The translations under genes were made by a program, and so were the position numbers. Positions 62,824 through 64,000 of a stretch of 64,000 nucleotides of DNA are shown here, in pieces. The notes beneath the pieces are model-generated. The model ran no database searches. It saw only the letters and a list, made by a program, of their open reading frames with translations, and was not told the origin of the DNA. Numbering within the stretch: position 1 is the stretch's first letter; the number at the start of each line of letters is the position of its first letter. The stretch is from a virus, in the IMG/VR virus record IMGVR_UViG_3300017527_000160, positions 35,916-99,915 of that record. The stretch is one strand, 5' to 3'.

Positions 62824-63087
62824 CTAATCTTCAGGAAGGTTATTGAGATTGATTGGACCTTGTGTGTCCAACTCATCTGATTCGGGTGTGTAATCTAACC
62901 CCATATCTATATCTTCCTCAACTTCAATAATCTTTTGACCTTTAGCTTTCTTTCCGTAATACATTTTAGAAGAAGCCTCGCTACCATGCCCACAGTATGT
63001 GAGTTCGTGAAGCTCTCTGTCACTTAGCGACAGATATTCTTCTACGCTTAGATGAATAACTTTGCCGCTAGGTAACTGGAGTTGCAT
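62824..63087 (-). CDS. Hypothetical protein
   Basis: 87 aa (QLPSGKVIHLSVEEYLSLSD) with an acidic tail. Confidence 0.7.
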   Translation of the reverse strand: MQLQLPSGKVIHLSVEEYLSLSDRELHELTYCGHGSEASSKMYYGKKAKGQKIIEVEEDIDMGLDYTPESDELDTQGPINLNNLPED

Positions 63088-63113
63088 TGATTAGATTGTA
63101 TTGACATAAAGAA

Positions 63114-63121
63114 CAAATGTA
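63114..63121 (-). promoter_or_regulatory. Bacteroidota-type -7 promoter box
   Basis: TACATTTG 26 nt upstream of ATG 63087. Confidence 0.5.
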
Positions 63122-63157
63122 AGAAATTTATTTATAACATTTGTTAAGTTTATATTT

Positions 63158-63433
63158 CTACTCTATAACACCTTGTATATCTTTCTCTCGAATGATCACG
63201 TAGTCTTTACCCTCAAGCTGAGTACCCATCCCACTATTGGGTCCGTACTTAACTATGTCACCGACAACGAGTTCTTCTACATCTTTACCTTTCGCTACGA
63301 TTGTGCCTGCGATAGATGATATAACTTTCTCCTCTCCTCCAAGGATGATTCCACCAGCTGATTTGTTTTCTTGCACTAATGGTTCTACTAGGACTCTTTC
63401 GCCCAGTGGTCTAAACTTTACTTTCTTTGACAT
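63158..63433 (-). CDS. groES: Co-chaperonin GroES (Cpn10)
   Basis: FRPLGERVLV, KSAGGIIL mobile loop, GTIVAKG, VGDIVKY, YVIIREKDIQGVIE. Confidence 0.93.
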   Translation of the reverse strand: MSKKVKFRPLGERVLVEPLVQENKSAGGIILGGEEKVISSIAGTIVAKGKDVEELVVGDIVKYGPNSGMGTQLEGKDYVIIREKDIQGVIE

Positions 63434-63440
63434 ACTTTCT

Positions 63441-63692
63441 TTAGTATTTAATTAACATATATGTTACTACTGTAACGTATAGAATAGCAATCGCTATCCT
63501 ATTATTTCTTACAGATCTTCTTAGATCATCTTGATTCTTCTGGAGTATATCGATCCTACCACCTATCCTCATGATTTCTTTAGTATTGGGATTGATAATA
63601 GCAGCATGCTCACTGAATTTATTCTTGATCGCATCTCTTACTCTCTCGAACTTGTCGAGGTATACGAACTTAGGTTTCTTCTGTCCTGCCAT
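63441..63692 (-). CDS. Hypothetical coiled-coil protein with C-terminal TM
   Basis: 83 aa ending IAIAILYVTVVTYMLIKY. Confidence 0.65.
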   Translation of the reverse strand: MAGQKKPKFVYLDKFERVRDAIKNKFSEHAAIINPNTKEIMRIGGRIDILQKNQDDLRRSVRNNRIAIAILYVTVVTYMLIKY

Positions 63693-63694
63693 GA

Positions 63695-64000
63695 TTATAA
63701 ATTTAATGGTTCTTCAGGCAAAGATAACAGTTTTCCGTCATCTCCCGGGAATTCATCAGCATAACCTGTTACGTATGATGAACTAACAGAGTTAGTTGTA
63801 CTTCTATCTTCACCTGTATCCTTATGGATAAACCTATACATTACCGTATAAGGAGTGTGGTTAAACTTCTGGATACTCTCGATGGTTACTTCCACGCAAC
63901 CGTCCTTCAGCATCCCAGCTTCTTGCATCTTATCCTTATCGAACTGCCAGTCGGATAAAGCAAGCATCTTTACGATAACTCTATCTCCTACAACATAATC
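63695..64000 (-). CDS. Hypothetical protein, 5'-truncated by the window edge
   Basis: The frame stays open to 64000 (DYVVGDRVIVK-MLALSDW...). Confidence 0.6.
   Translation of the reverse strand, partial: DYVVGDRVIVKMLALSDWQFDKDKMQEAGMLKDGCVEVTIESIQKFNHTPYTVMYRFIHKDTGEDRSTTNSVSSSYVTGYADEFPGDDGKLLSLPEEPLNL

Noticed and set aside
1-64000. Stop-codon reassignment (TAG/TGA), common in some crAss-like phages
   Set aside because: Genes are full length and tightly packed under the standard code, and TAG and TGA end coupled genes normally.
1-64000. CRISPR arrays, tRNAs, integrase, inteins or introns in polB and RNAP
   Set aside because: None recognisable by eye; polB motifs are normally spaced and the RNAP lacks the internal Cys expected at typical intein junctions.

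Overview
A 64-kb segment of a large dsDNA tailed phage of the crAss-like (Crassvirales-related) type. The host is probably Bacteroidota, judged from repeated TAnnTTTG -7 promoter boxes and AT-rich translation starts without Shine-Dalgarno sequences. The + strand (1-31362) carries a late virion module: low-complexity Gly-Gly-motif proteins followed by four giant proteins (1015, 1709, 3951 and 1967 aa). The 3951-aa protein is a two-barrel virion RNA polymerase (RIP and GADFDVDK motifs) fused to a zincin domain. After a terminator at about 31400, the - strand carries a dense replication/recombination module: ATP-dependent DNA ligase, family B DNA polymerase, PD-(D/E)XK nuclease, MoxR AAA+ ATPase with a vWA/metallopeptidase partner, RuvC-like resolvase, primase, SSB, Sak4-like ATPase, DnaB, Dda-like and SF2 helicases, a variant UNG, HNH proteins and GroES. 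A small + strand holin/spanin-like cassette interrupts it. The most notable observations are: (1) three consecutive giant virion proteins appear to contain Cys only at their mutually facing termini, suggesting a head-to-tail covalent chain; (2) about 750 nt of intergenic sequence (62085-62820) folds into several multibranch RNA domains, with G-U pairing pointing to a minus-strand ncRNA and a separate plus-strand hairpin RNA; (3) shared peptide tags recur across different proteins (YGGxxx[FY]xxGG and KV[RK]I in virion proteins; MLxSxDxE[ND] in four minus-strand proteins); (4) the UNG lacks its catalytic Asp. All family calls come from motifs recognised by eye; no searches or folding programs were run.
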